DNA of 64,000 bases from Rhabdothermincola salaria (GTDB lineage: Bacteria; Actinomycetota; Acidimicrobiia; Acidimicrobiales; Acidimicrobilacustridaceae), in NCBI RefSeq assembly GCF_021246445.1, contig NZ_JAJQXW010000001.1:1506168-1570167 (forward strand), read 5' to 3'. The translations under genes were made by a program, and so were the position numbers. How positions within the stretch are numbered: the first letter of the stretch is position 1; each line of letters starts with the position of its first letter. Shown one piece after another: positions 10,153 to 20,371 of the stretch. Below the pieces are notes generated by a model, which was not told the origin of the DNA, ran no database searches, and saw only the letters and a list, made by a program, of their open reading frames with translations.

Positions 10153-12485
10153 GAGAACGACCCGCCGTCGTCGGGGGCCGGGTCGCGTCGAACGGGTTCG
10201 GCGACCGGGCCGGCCGGGGAAACGTCGCCCTGGGCGGCGGCGGGGGTGCCCACCGGGGCCGGCGCGGCATCGGCTCCGGTGGCTCCGTCGGCTTCGACGC
10301 GCGCCTGGTCGGCCAGCGGAGGACGTTCGAGGAGTGCTTCGCCCCGCGCCTCGTGGGTGGACCACGTCGGGTCGAGCCCCGGGGCCGACAGCCGCACCGG
10401 ACCTCCGAGGAGCCGGACCAGCGCATCGGCGACAGCCGGGTCGTCCGGAGGTTCGAGCTCCCACAACAGTGCCGGGCGCTCACCGTGCCAGCGCACCGCG
10501 TAGGAGAGCCGGCCGACGGCCGTGGGCAGGCCGTGGACCTCGATCTCGCGCCCGTACCACTCGGCGGGCACGGCCGGCGCGAGGGCCAGGCCATCGGACA
10601 CCTCCACGACCGCCAGGGCCCGGATGAGCCCGATGACCCCAGCCGTCGCCGCGGCGTCGTGGCCCTGACCACCGGAGCCACCCCCGGTGCGCGGGTGCAC
10701 GTGCTCGGGCCAGGTCCACAAGGGGGCACCGCGGTCGAGCAACCACCGGAGGCGGGAGATCGCCGTGTCGGCTCGTCCCGTGAGGGTGTCGGCCAGCGCC
10801 GCCGCGGCGGTGAGCCGGGGGCTCTGCCCGGCGTGGCCGACGTGGTGCCAGACCGCCGGGGTGTCGGCCGGCTGCTCGGCCAACCAGCCGGCGCCGGCCG
10901 CCAGCGCGCCAGCGAGCTCCTCTGGAGGGGCTCCCGGTCCGCACAGCACCGACGCCAGGGCGGCCACGGTGGCCACCGCCCCCGCGGGCATCCGGGCCCC
11001 GGGGCCGAGCAGGGGCACCAGGCTGGCGGTGGCGGTGGCGTCGGCGGTGAGGGAGGCGGCGAGGGCGCCCGCCATCTCGGCGGCCCCGGCGGCCACCTCG
11101 CTGGCGGCGTCGGGCTGGGCCGCGGCCTCGAGGGTGAACGAGGCGTCGAGCAGGCCACGCCAGGCCCAGAGCGCATCGTGGTACGTGGGACCGTCGTCGC
11201 CGACCCAGCCCGGGCCGTCACCGGCGGGCAGCAGTGACGGTCCCCCGTCGCTGCGACGGGCACGGCGGGACAGGTGGCGACGCTGCAGGTGGTGGGCGGC
11301 CTTGGCGACGGGGCCCACGAGGTCGACGGCCAGGTCGGCTCCGCCCGTGAGGCGCACGTGCTCGGCGACGGCGTGGAGCCAGGCGCCGGCCGCGTCGCCC
11401 CGGTGGGTCTCGCCGCCGAACGAGCCGTCGAGGGCCTGGCGATCGGCGAAGCCCACGAGGAGCCGTTCGGCCTCGGTGTGCAGTCCCTGACGATCGAGGG
11501 CCACGGCCAGCACGGACGTGTCGAGCCCCCCGACCACCACCGGCGGCCAGGCCCCGGCGTCGTCGCCGGCGGTGTGCAACAGCAGGTGGCGGCGAGCGGC
11601 CGCCAGCGCCTCGGCGACCCGCGGCTCGGGCAGCTCCACCCGAGCGGCGCGCCGCACCTGGGCCTCCCAGCCGGACACGACCCGGTCGGCGCCGGGGAGC
11701 GCACGAGGCTCGACCTCGGCCAGGGCGGTGGCGTCGCTGCGCCGGCGCCCTGGTCCCACCGGCACCGACGCCAGGGGCACCACCACGCGCAGCACCGCGG
11801 TGTGGGGCAGCGGGAAGAGGAAGGCGGCCGTGGCCGCACCGGCCGTGCACCGCACCCCGCCCTCGGGCCACTCGCCGCTGGCGGTGCCGTCGAGGACGGA
11901 CTCCACCGCGTCACGGCGGACGTCGCCGAACGCGACTCGCGAGGGCGCCTTGGGTAGCACCAGGGCCACCCGACTGTCGACGGTGACGGTGGTGGCCTCG
12001 AGATCGACGGCGTGCACGGCCGAGGCACCGAGGGGATTCCACGGGCGCACGGCCAGCGCGATCGCCACGGGCACCGGCGAGGCGTTCTCGAGCTCCACCA
12101 CCACCGCCCCGCCCGGGGGCACGCCGTCGCCACCGGCCACCGCCCACGCCCGGTGGCGCAGGTCGCCGCTGGGCACGCGCATGGCGGTCTCGACCACGGG
12201 CGCATCACCGAGCAGGTTCTGGCGGACTCCCGATGCTCGCGACGGCAGGTGCCAACGGTCGTCGGCGCCCACCCACCAGTCGAGCGACCATCCCGCCGGC
12301 CACGGCGTCAGCAGGCCCCGGGGATCGAGGACGGCTCGTTCGGGCGCCCCCACGGTGCCGAGGAGGACCCAGTCGCGGTGGGTGGTGTTCACGGTGGCGG
12401 CCGGACCCGGCACCACGTCGGGCCCGGTCGGGTCGAGCTGTCGCTCGAGCCACCAGGGCAGAAGGCGATCGGGAGGCGCAGCCAT
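10149..12485 (-). CDS. Hypothetical protein, possibly a six-hairpin glycosidase-like fold
   Basis: 778 aa: beta-rich N-terminus, Ala/Trp-rich helical core, C-terminal LALAPAVPAEW...GLPTAVGRLSYAVRW tail reminiscent of (a/a)6 glycoside hydrolases. Function is inferred only. Confidence 0.6.
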   Translation of the reverse strand: MAAPPDRLLPWWLERQLDPTGPDVVPGPAATVNTTHRDWVLLGTVGAPERAVLDPRGLLTPWPAGWSLDWWVGADDRWHLPSRASGVRQNLLGDAPVVETAMRVPSGDLRHRAWAVAGGDGVPPGGAVVVELENASPVPVAIALAVRPWNPLGASAVHAVDLEATTVTVDSRVALVLPKAPSRVAFGDVRRDAVESVLDGTASGEWPEGGVRCTAGAATAAFLFPLPHTAVLRVVVPLASVPVGPGRRRSDATALAEVEPRALPGADRVVSGWEAQVRRAARVELPEPRVAEALAAARRHLLLHTAGDDAGAWPPVVVGGLDTSVLAVALDRQGLHTEAERLLVGFADRQALDGSFGGETHRGDAAGAWLHAVAEHVRLTGGADLAVDLVGPVAKAAHHLQRRHLSRRARRSDGGPSLLPAGDGPGWVGDDGPTYHDALWAWRGLLDASFTLEAAAQPDAASEVAAGAAEMAGALAASLTADATATASLVPLLGPGARMPAGAVATVAALASVLCGPGAPPEELAGALAAGAGWLAEQPADTPAVWHHVGHAGQSPRLTAAAALADTLTGRADTAISRLRWLLDRGAPLWTWPEHVHPRTGGGSGGQGHDAAATAGVIGLIRALAVVEVSDGLALAPAVPAEWYGREIEVHGLPTAVGRLSYAVRWHGERPALLWELEPPDDPAVADALVRLLGGPVRLSAPGLDPTWSTHEARGEALLERPPLADQARVEADGATGADAAPAPVGTPAAAQGDVSPAGPVAEPVRRDPAPDDGGSFS

Positions 12486-12526
12486 GGGGACCAGACGCTA
12501 TCGGCCAGCCGCGGGGTGGGCGCCCG

Positions 12527-13543
12527 TCATGCCCGGGGCCGGCGCATGCCGTGCATCTCTTCGACGTGGCCACGGTTGAGCAAGCCCCGGTACGCCTCCT
12601 CGGCGGTGCGGCCCCGGTACAGCACGGCGTGGACCTCGGCAGCGATGGGCATCTCGATGCCGTGCTCCTCGGCCAGGGCCATGACGACCGGTGCGGACTT
12701 CACCCCTTCGGCCACCATGTGCATCTCGTCGATCACCTCTTCGATGGTGCGCCCCAGGCCGAGTTGCTCACCCACGTGGCGGTTGCGGCTCTGGGGGCTG
12801 ATGCACGTGGCCAGGAGATCGCCGAGCCCGGCCAAGCCCCCGAAGGTGACGATGTGGCCCCCCATGGCCGTCCCCAGGCGGGCCATCTCGGCCAGGCCCC
12901 GGGTGATGACCGCCGCCCTCGTGTTGTCGCCCGTACCGAGCCCGTCGGCCATGCCCGAGGCGATGGCGAGCACGTTCTTCAACGCACCGGCGACCTCGCA
13001 GCCCGCCACGTCGGGATTGGTGTAGACGCGGAAGAGGTTGGTGCAGAACAGCGCCTGGAGCCGCTGGGCGATCGTGTCGTCGCTCATCGCCAGCACCGAG
13101 GCGGCCGCCCCGCCGGCGAGGATCTCCTTGGCCAGGTTGGGCCCGGTGAGCACCCCGTAGGGGTGCCCGGGCACCACCTCGTTGATCACCTCGGTCATGC
13201 GCAGCCTGGTGCCCTGCTCGAGCCCCTTGGCCAGGCTGATGACCGGCACCCAGGGTCGGATGTGGGTGGCGGTGGCCTCGAGGGTGTCGCGGAAGCCGTG
13301 GGACGGCACACCCATGATGATCAGGTCGGCGGACGCCACGGCGTCGGCCATCGAGTCGGTGGCGGTGAGGGCCGGGTGCAGGCTGGCTCCGGGGAGGTAG
13401 CGCTCGTTGGTGGAGCTCTGGCGCACCTCGGCGGCGACGACGGGGTCACGGGCCCACAGCACGGTAGGGGTGTTGTGGGCCAGCAGGTGGGCGACGGTGG
13501 TCCCCCAGCTGCCGGCGCCGATCACTGCGCACCGGATCTCCAT
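12527..13543 (-). CDS. gpsA: NAD(P)H-dependent glycerol-3-phosphate dehydrogenase
   Basis: GAGSWGT, GPNLAKE, GALKNVLAIASG, GDNTRAAVITRG, GLGDLLATC and SRN motifs. Confidence 0.95.
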   Translation of the reverse strand: MEIRCAVIGAGSWGTTVAHLLAHNTPTVLWARDPVVAAEVRQSSTNERYLPGASLHPALTATDSMADAVASADLIIMGVPSHGFRDTLEATATHIRPWVPVISLAKGLEQGTRLRMTEVINEVVPGHPYGVLTGPNLAKEILAGGAAASVLAMSDDTIAQRLQALFCTNLFRVYTNPDVAGCEVAGALKNVLAIASGMADGLGTGDNTRAAVITRGLAEMARLGTAMGGHIVTFGGLAGLGDLLATCISPQSRNRHVGEQLGLGRTIEEVIDEMHMVAEGVKSAPVVMALAEEHGIEMPIAAEVHAVLYRGRTAEEAYRGLLNRGHVEEMHGMRRPRA

Positions 13544-13649
13544 GGGCGAACCCTACGACCGGTGGGCGACACGGTGACGGGCGCCACGTCCGGGCCGGGT
13601 CACCACCTCGAGGCCGACCTCGTCGTGGTGTCCCCCTACACTCGGCGCG

Positions 13650-14234
13650 GTGACGACCCCGTCGGCAGCTCTGGCCGTGCTGGTGCCGGTCAAGGCGTTC
13701 CGCGACGCCAAGCTGCGGCTGGCGCCGGCGCTCGCCCCGTCGGCGCGGGCCGAGCTGGCCCGATCCATGGCCACCTCGGTGGTGGCGGCGGCCAGCCCGC
13801 TGCCGGTGCACGTGGTCTGCGACGACGACGAGGTCGCCGACTGGGCCAGGTCCGTGGGGGCCCACGTCCTCTGGAAGCCGGGGCGCGGGCTGAACGGCGC
13901 TGTGAACGAGGGCGTGGCGGATCTGGCCGACGCCGGCACCGAGCGGGTCATCGTGGCCCATGCCGACCTCCCTCACGCCCTGGAGCTGGCCTGGGTGGCC
14001 GACGGCGAGGGCGTCACCCTGGTGCCCGACCGCCACGACGACGGCACCAACGTGGCCGCCGTGCCTGCCCGAGCGAGGTTCACCTTCGCCTACGGGCCGG
14101 GCTCCTTCACCCGCCACGTCGCCGAGGCCCACCGCCTGGGGCTCGAGCTGCGCGTCGTCCGAGAGCCCCGCCTGGGTTGGGACGTGGACCTCCCCGCCGA
14201 CCTCGTGGCTCCGGACTGGTCCCTGCCGGCATGA
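13650..14234 (+). CDS. cofC: 2-phospho-L-lactate/PEP guanylyltransferase (F420 biosynthesis)
   Basis: VPVKAFRDAKLRL, GLNGAV, ADLP, DGTN, YGPGSF and DVDLPADL motifs. Confidence 0.9.
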   Translation: MTTPSAALAVLVPVKAFRDAKLRLAPALAPSARAELARSMATSVVAAASPLPVHVVCDDDEVADWARSVGAHVLWKPGRGLNGAVNEGVADLADAGTERVIVAHADLPHALELAWVADGEGVTLVPDRHDDGTNVAAVPARARFTFAYGPGSFTRHVAEAHRLGLELRVVREPRLGWDVDLPADLVAPDWSLPA

Positions 14235-15013
14235 CCGACCCCATCCCCTCCCCACTCCCCGGTGGGGGCGTGCCGGGCGGGCCGGTGTCGTCGGTCGACC
14301 TCCCGACACCCGGCCGGGCGCTGGTCATCGGCGCCCATCCCGACGACGCCGAGTTCCTCTGTGGAGCCACGCTGGCCAAGTGGGCGGCACGCGGCTGCGT
14401 GATCAACCACCTCGTGCTCACCGACGGCTCCAAGGGCACGTGGGACGTCGACGCCGACGTGGCCGCGCTGGTGGCCAGGCGCGAGACCGAGCAGCTCGAA
14501 GCGGCCCGTCGGCTCGGATCGAGGGGCAAGGTGGTGATGCTCGGCCACGTCGACGGCGACCTCCAACCGTCGCTCCACGTGCGCGACCAGGTCGCCTACT
14601 GGATCCGGGCGCTGACCCCGGACGTGGTGCTGGGCCACGATCCGTGGAAGCGCTACCGGCTACACCCCGACCATCGCCACGCGGGCTGGCTGGCCGTCGA
14701 CGCGGTGGTGGCCGCCCGTGACCCGCACTTCGCCCGCCACCACGACGTGGCCCACCACCGACCTTCCGCCATGTTGCTGTTCGAGGCCGACGAGCCCGAC
14801 CACGTCGAGGACGTCACCGACTTCGTCGACACCAAGGTCGAGGCCCTCCTCGCCCACGCGTCGCAGTTCGTGACCACCCACGACATCCCGCCCGACGACG
14901 ACGGCACCGCGGCCGCCGCCTTCCGGGCCCGCATCACAGCACGGGCCGAGACCGTGGGGGCCACTGCCGGCGTGGCCGCCGGTGAGGCGTTCAAGGCGAT
15001 CACCCGCCTCTGA
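14231..15013 (+). CDS. PIG-L/LmbE family deacetylase
   Basis: GAHPDDAE, LTDGSKG, HPDHR and AHASQ motifs; ATGA-coupled to cofC. Confidence 0.9.
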   Translation: MTDPIPSPLPGGGVPGGPVSSVDLPTPGRALVIGAHPDDAEFLCGATLAKWAARGCVINHLVLTDGSKGTWDVDADVAALVARRETEQLEAARRLGSRGKVVMLGHVDGDLQPSLHVRDQVAYWIRALTPDVVLGHDPWKRYRLHPDHRHAGWLAVDAVVAARDPHFARHHDVAHHRPSAMLLFEADEPDHVEDVTDFVDTKVEALLAHASQFVTTHDIPPDDDGTAAAAFRARITARAETVGATAGVAAGEAFKAITRL

Positions 15014-15026
15014 GCGGCCCGGACCT

Positions 15027-17033
15027 TCAGGGGCGCGGCGAGAGGATCTGGGGCAACATCCGGCCGAGGGCGGCCTGGGCGGCGGCATGGCCGGCCGGTT
15101 CCCCACCCAGGTCGATGGGGCCGGTGGTGAAGGGCCGCACCGGGATCAGGGGCATGCGCAGCAGGTGCCCGGCCCCGTCGAAGACGGTGAGCTCGTCGGT
15201 GCCGTGGCCGTGCTCCTGGCGGCGGTCCACGATCCGGCGCCCCATGGCGACCGAGGGCCACAGCGCATCGCCAGCACCGGCGAAGAGGTGCAGGGGGGCG
15301 TCGATGCGCTCGACGCCGATGGCGGCGGCCTCGGCCTCGGCGCCGGCCAGGCCGCCCTCGTAGGCGGCGCGCAGGTGCATGAAGCGAGGGGCGTGGCGGT
15401 CGTGGATGCGGGCCACCGCGGTGCGCCAGAGGTCGCGGTCCACCGCCACGCTGTCGATGGGTGCGAACGGCAGGGCCGAACCACCGACCGTCCACGAGGA
15501 GCGACCGGTGGGCGACCCGTCGTCGGTCATCGACTCCCACACGGTCGACCCGGGCGACAGGGCCACCACCGAGGCGCACCGCAGCCCCGGCAGCTCGGCC
15601 GCCGCGGCGAGGACCGCCTCCGCTCCTCGGGAGATGCCGAGCAGGGAGATGGCAGAGGGGTCGACGGCGGCGCGCTCGGCGAGCAGCGACACACCGGCGG
15701 CGATGGGCTCGAGCGGCACGAGGTCGAGCGAGGTGGGGAGGCCTTCGGCACCGAAGAGGCCGACGACGAGGGCGGCCACTCCCTGCGACGCCAGCGACGA
15801 GGCGTTGGCCGACATCGAGTCGATGCCGCCCTCGGAGCCTCCCACCAGCACCACCCCCGTGGCCGCCGGGCCGGCCGGGAGGAAGAGCCGGCCGACGACG
15901 CCGCCCTCTCTCACCTCGGCGACCGTCACACCCGGGGCGATGCCGTGGCGCACCAGCTCGGCTCGGCCCACTCGGCCGTCGACGGTGGCCGTCACCAGGC
16001 CGTGCATGGGACCCCACGACGGCAGGAAGAGCTGAGGCGGGCCCTCCTCGTCCCACTGCGCCGCCCACACGGCCGCGTTGGGATCGACCCCGGCCCAGTC
16101 GCCGTCGACCGGGGCGTGGCGGGACGTGTCGACGACGCCGTCCGGTGCCGAGAAGGTGGCGCGACTCACGAAGCGACGGTTGAGCGCGTCGGTGAGCTGG
16201 AGCTCCAGCTCGACGGACGCACCGGCCGCCACGCCGCTCACCGTGACGGGCAGGTCGTCGGTGACCATCGACGCCGACGCCACCGAGACGAGCGGACCCT
16301 GGTCCGCCGGGGTCGGCTCGCCGGCGACCTCCGCCAGCCCGGTACCGGGCCGGTCCTCGTCGATCTGCGCGGCATCGGCGTCGGGGCCCTGGATGCCCTT
16401 CACGAGGACGACGTTGACCAGGGCCGCCACGCCGAGGGCCAGGTAGGGCACCACCCAGTACCCCGCGATCGACAGCGGCGAGCCGCCTTCCTTGATCGTG
16501 GCGTCGCCCTCGATCAGCGGGGGGACGAAGGCCGACACCGTCATCACCGCGAAGGCCACGGCCCAGATGGCGGTGAAGCGCTGGTTGAGCCAGAGGAATC
16601 CCGGGGTGGCGGCCATCTCCGAGCTCACCGATCCCCGTGCGTAGTCCATGACGAACGGACGCCCCACGGCCATCCCGCCCAGCACGACCAGCAACAGACC
16701 GAGGTTCGACAGCGGTTGCAGCCATCGCTCGAGGAAGGCGTCGTCGACCACGAAGGCGAGCCCCAGCAGCACGGCGAAGACGGCCACGCCCCCGACGTTG
16801 AGCGTTCGGGTCGGCGCACCCATGAGTCGGCGAACGACCAGCAGGGCCAGGGCCAGCCCGGCGGCCAGGGCCAGAGTGGCCCGGAACCCCAGGTTGCCGA
16901 CCAGCACCCAATAGAGGATCCAGGGCAGGAAGTCGCCGAAGGGGCCCAGGGGGTCGTGCGTCGGTTCGGAGGCGCCACCGGCGGCCGCCGCCGGTGCTGC
17001 CTCGTGTTCCGCCGTGCTGTCGCGCCGTGCCAT
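15027..17033 (-). CDS. Acyl-CoA thioesterase/BAAT-family hydrolase fused to an N-terminal multi-pass membrane domain
   Basis: About 5-6 hydrophobic segments, then a BAAT_N-like region, GGSEGG, nucleophile GISRGAE, DALWPS and GAGH. Confidence 0.8.
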   Translation of the reverse strand: MARRDSTAEHEAAPAAAAGGASEPTHDPLGPFGDFLPWILYWVLVGNLGFRATLALAAGLALALLVVRRLMGAPTRTLNVGGVAVFAVLLGLAFVVDDAFLERWLQPLSNLGLLLVVLGGMAVGRPFVMDYARGSVSSEMAATPGFLWLNQRFTAIWAVAFAVMTVSAFVPPLIEGDATIKEGGSPLSIAGYWVVPYLALGVAALVNVVLVKGIQGPDADAAQIDEDRPGTGLAEVAGEPTPADQGPLVSVASASMVTDDLPVTVSGVAAGASVELELQLTDALNRRFVSRATFSAPDGVVDTSRHAPVDGDWAGVDPNAAVWAAQWDEEGPPQLFLPSWGPMHGLVTATVDGRVGRAELVRHGIAPGVTVAEVREGGVVGRLFLPAGPAATGVVLVGGSEGGIDSMSANASSLASQGVAALVVGLFGAEGLPTSLDLVPLEPIAAGVSLLAERAAVDPSAISLLGISRGAEAVLAAAAELPGLRCASVVALSPGSTVWESMTDDGSPTGRSSWTVGGSALPFAPIDSVAVDRDLWRTAVARIHDRHAPRFMHLRAAYEGGLAGAEAEAAAIGVERIDAPLHLFAGAGDALWPSVAMGRRIVDRRQEHGHGTDELTVFDGAGHLLRMPLIPVRPFTTGPIDLGGEPAGHAAAQAALGRMLPQILSPRP

Positions 17034-17118
17034 GCCGCCCCGATCCTCTCGTCCAGTGGAAGCGAAACCTACTCCCGAGGCACCCGGCCCGGGGCGAGGC
17101 ATCGGGCAGACTCGAGGG

Positions 17119-17826
17119 GTGCCCGTCGAAGCTCCAGCACCGATCGCCGGCGTCGACGGGTGTCGGGCCGGCTGGGTGGTCGTCACCGCGCCGGCCGTTC
17201 ACGGGCCGCCCGCCGAGGCCGAGGTCGTCGACCACATCGGTGAGGTCCTCGACCGCCTCCGGCGGGGTGACCTGTCGGCCGTGGCCGTCGACATGCCCAT
17301 CGGGCTGGTGGCGTCGGGGCGTCGGGCGTGCGACGACGAGGCCCGGGCCCGCCTGGGGGCTCGACGCTCGACCGTCTTCCCCACCCCGCCGCGTCCGCTC
17401 CTCGATGCCCCCGACCATGCCGAGGCGGTCCGTCGCGGCCGCGCCCTCGACGGACGGGGCATCTCCATCCAGGCCTTCAACCTCCTGGGACGCATGGCCG
17501 AGCTCGACGTCGCGGTGCGTCCCGACGACTGCGATCGGCTGGTCGAGGCCCACCCCGAGTCGGGCTTCGCCACCATGGCCGGCGCACCGCTGGCCAGCTC
17601 CAAGCGCACCGCCGCGGGCCGCGCCGAGCGCCGGGCCCTGCTGGCCCGCCACCTCGGTGCCGTCGACGCCCTGGACGCTCGGCCGCCGACGGGGTCGGCC
17701 GCCGATGACGTGCTCGACGCCGCCGCCAACGCGTGGACGGCTCGGCGTTGGCTGGCGGGCACCGCCCACGTGCTGGGCGACGGCGCCACCGACGACCGAG
17801 GCCTCCCCGTCCGCATCGTGATCTGA
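17119..17826 (+). CDS. DUF429 family protein (RNase H-like)
   Basis: GVDGCRAGW, VDMPIGL, RACDDEAR, EAHPE and DDVLDAAA motifs. Confidence 0.85.
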   Translation: MPVEAPAPIAGVDGCRAGWVVVTAPAVHGPPAEAEVVDHIGEVLDRLRRGDLSAVAVDMPIGLVASGRRACDDEARARLGARRSTVFPTPPRPLLDAPDHAEAVRRGRALDGRGISIQAFNLLGRMAELDVAVRPDDCDRLVEAHPESGFATMAGAPLASSKRTAAGRAERRALLARHLGAVDALDARPPTGSAADDVLDAAANAWTARRWLAGTAHVLGDGATDDRGLPVRIVI

Positions 17827-18142
17827 GCGGATCGACCCAGCGGCGCCGGTGAGTCGACGGTTCGACGCAGCCTCCGACCTGGCCGGGGACCCAACCCGTC
17901 GCAACCGGCGGGCCACCGCCGCGTGAACGGGCGATGACATCTCCCCCGGCATCCACCACGGCGGGCGCCCGAAGGTGTCTGATGGGCACTGCATGCTCCG
18001 TCTTGCACCCGAGCCCATCTCACGGCCACCCCGACCTCGAACGGCACCCACCACCGGGCCGCTCGCAGCCAGGGGTGCGCCACCAGCGGGAGCACGCTGA
18101 GGTGATGGGTCTGTCGCGGTGCCCGAGCCCCGTGGGAGACCC

Positions 18143-19510
18143 GTGACCGACTCGAGCCGTACCCCGACGCGTCCCGGCAGCTGTGTGACCCGGCCGACCA
18201 CCGCCACCGACGGCGCCGCCCGAAGGGTGTACGTCCTCGACACGTCGGTGCTGCTGGCCGACCCGGGAGCGCTGGCCCGCTTCGAGGAGCACGACGTCGT
18301 GCTCCCCGTCGTGGTCCTGCTCGAGCTGGAGTCCAAGCGCCACCACGCCGAGCTGGGCTGGGCCGCCCGCCAGGCCCTGCGCTCCCTCGAGGACCTCCGC
18401 GTGCGCCACGGCGACCTCACGTCACCCATCGCGGTGAACGACCAGGGCGGCACCGTGCGGGTCGAGCTCAACCACCAGGACCCCTCGGCGCTGCCGCCGT
18501 CGCTGACCGGCGACAGCAACGACCACCGCATCCTGGCCGTGGCCCGCAACCTGGCCGACGAGGGACTCTCCGTCACCGTGGTCACCAAGGACCTGCCGCT
18601 GCGCCTCAAGGCCTCGATCGTCGAGCTCGAGGCCGACGAGTACCGCAACGAGCTGGCCCACGACAGTGGCTGGACCGGGATGGTCGAGCTCGACGTCGAC
18701 GGGCCGGAGATCGACGCTCTCTTCCTCGACGGCGTCCTCGAGGACGACCGAGCCCGCGACCTGCCGTGCCACACCGGCGTGGTGCTGCACGCCGGGTCGC
18801 AGTCGGCGCTGGCCCGGGTGCACGACGACAAGGCCCTGCACCTCATCCGCCCGGACCGCGGTGTGTTCGACGTGCGCGGCCGCTCGGCGGAGCAGCGCAT
18901 CGCCATCGACCTGCTGGCCGACCCGAGCATCGGCATCGTCTCCCTGGGCGGCCCGGCCGGCACCGGCAAGAGCGTCCTCGCGCTGGCCGCCGGACTCGAA
19001 GCCGTGCTCGAGCAGCAGTCGGCCAAGCGGGTCGTGATCTTCCGCCCGCTGTTCGCCGTGGGCGGCCAGGAGCTCGGCTACCTGCCTGGTTCCGAGTTCG
19101 AGAAGATGAGCCCGTGGGCCGCCGCTGTCCTCGACGGGCTGGAGGCCATCACCGGGCCCGAGGTCATCGACGAGGTCCACGCCCGAGGCCTGCTCGAGGT
19201 GCTCCCGCTCACCCACATCCGGGGCCGCAGCCTCACCGACAGCTTCGTGATCATCGACGAGGCCCAGAACCTCGAGCGGCCCGTGCTGCTCACCGCGCTC
19301 AGCCGGCTCGGGGTCGGCAGCCGGGTGGTTCTCACCCACGACGTGGCCCAGCGCGACAACCTCCGCGTGGGGCGCCACGACGGCGTCGTCTCGGTGATCG
19401 AGGCGTTGCGCGGCCATCCGATCTTCGGCCACGTGACCCTCACCCGCAGCGAGCGCAGCGAGATCGCCGCCGTGGTCACCGATCTCCTCGACGTGCCCCT
19501 CCACGGCTGA
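18143..19510 (+). CDS. phoH2: PIN-PhoH (PhoH2) protein
   Basis: PIN motifs [15 protein letters not shown] and TKD; Walker [15 protein letters not shown] and IIDEAQNL. Confidence 0.92.
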   Translation: MTDSSRTPTRPGSCVTRPTTATDGAARRVYVLDTSVLLADPGALARFEEHDVVLPVVVLLELESKRHHAELGWAARQALRSLEDLRVRHGDLTSPIAVNDQGGTVRVELNHQDPSALPPSLTGDSNDHRILAVARNLADEGLSVTVVTKDLPLRLKASIVELEADEYRNELAHDSGWTGMVELDVDGPEIDALFLDGVLEDDRARDLPCHTGVVLHAGSQSALARVHDDKALHLIRPDRGVFDVRGRSAEQRIAIDLLADPSIGIVSLGGPAGTGKSVLALAAGLEAVLEQQSAKRVVIFRPLFAVGGQELGYLPGSEFEKMSPWAAAVLDGLEAITGPEVIDEVHARGLLEVLPLTHIRGRSLTDSFVIIDEAQNLERPVLLTALSRLGVGSRVVLTHDVAQRDNLRVGRHDGVVSVIEALRGHPIFGHVTLTRSERSEIAAVVTDLLDVPLHG

Positions 19511-19577
19511 CGCTCTCGGGGACTCGAGCCTCGGGCCCCGGCACCCTGGTGTCGTGGCGTCTGCGTACCGTGACGGG

Positions 19578-20237
19578 GTGCCGCTGCCCTCCGTCCGCCG
19601 CCGCGCCCCCCGGGGCCGCCAGGCCCTGCCGCCCGGACTGGTCCAGCTGCGAGCCCGACGTGTCGGGCGAGCGCAGCACCCCGAACGCTTCGCGGTCGTC
19701 GACCTCGAGACCACCGGGCTCGATCCGGCCACAGATCGCGTCATCGAGATCGCCGTGGTCACCGTCGACGGCCACGGTCGGCTGCTCGGGGAGTGGTCGG
19801 CCCTCGTGGACCCGGGCCGCGACCCGGGCCCCACCGAGGTGCACGGCATCACCGCGGCCGACCTGGCCGGCGCGGCCGACTTCGCCACGGTGGCCGCCCA
19901 GGTCGCCCCTCTCCTGGCCGGCACCGTGGTCGTCGCCCACAACCTGGCGTTCGACGCCGCCTTCCTCGCCGCCGAACAACGACGGGTGGGGGCCGACCTG
20001 CTCGCCGCCGCCGACGGCGGGTTGTGCACCCTCGACCTCAGCCGGCGCATGGTGCGCCGGCCGGCCGGCGGGTGGTCCCTGGCGGCGTTGTGCGCCCACG
20101 TCGACGTGGCCCTGGTCGACCCTCACCGGGCCCTGGTCGACGCCCGGGCCACGGCCGGCCTCCTCGCCGCGCTCCTCGCCGGGCTGCCATCGGGACGGCC
20201 GCGCCTGCTCGGCCGGCGTCTCACCCGCTCGGCTTGA
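19578..20237 (+). CDS. DEDDh 3'-5' exonuclease (DnaQ-like)
   Basis: VDLETTGL, HGIT, AHNLAFD and HRALVDA motifs. TACCGT -10 lies 6 nt upstream of the GTG. Confidence 0.88.
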   Translation: MPLPSVRRRAPRGRQALPPGLVQLRARRVGRAQHPERFAVVDLETTGLDPATDRVIEIAVVTVDGHGRLLGEWSALVDPGRDPGPTEVHGITAADLAGAADFATVAAQVAPLLAGTVVVAHNLAFDAAFLAAEQRRVGADLLAAADGGLCTLDLSRRMVRRPAGGWSLAALCAHVDVALVDPHRALVDARATAGLLAALLAGLPSGRPRLLGRRLTRSA

Positions 20238-20371
20238 GCCGCCGAGCCGGCATCGCTCCGCTCCCGCGATGTCGCAGCCCCCGAGCAGACTGCTCCCGTA
20301 CGGGTTCGCGAGGCCCCGGTCCCCGACGGGTCACGGCTCGCCAGCACAGACGCTGCGCGAAAGGCCCCGCC

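Noticed and set aside
14653..19026. 1457-aa minus-strand ORF and other long Arg/Pro/Gly-rich ORFs (e.g. 12233-14230 +, 24490-27123 -, 61109-63445 -, 63234-63866 -)
   Set aside because: These are shadow or antisense frames of recognisable genes. Stop codons are rare at this GC content and the translations have no motifs.
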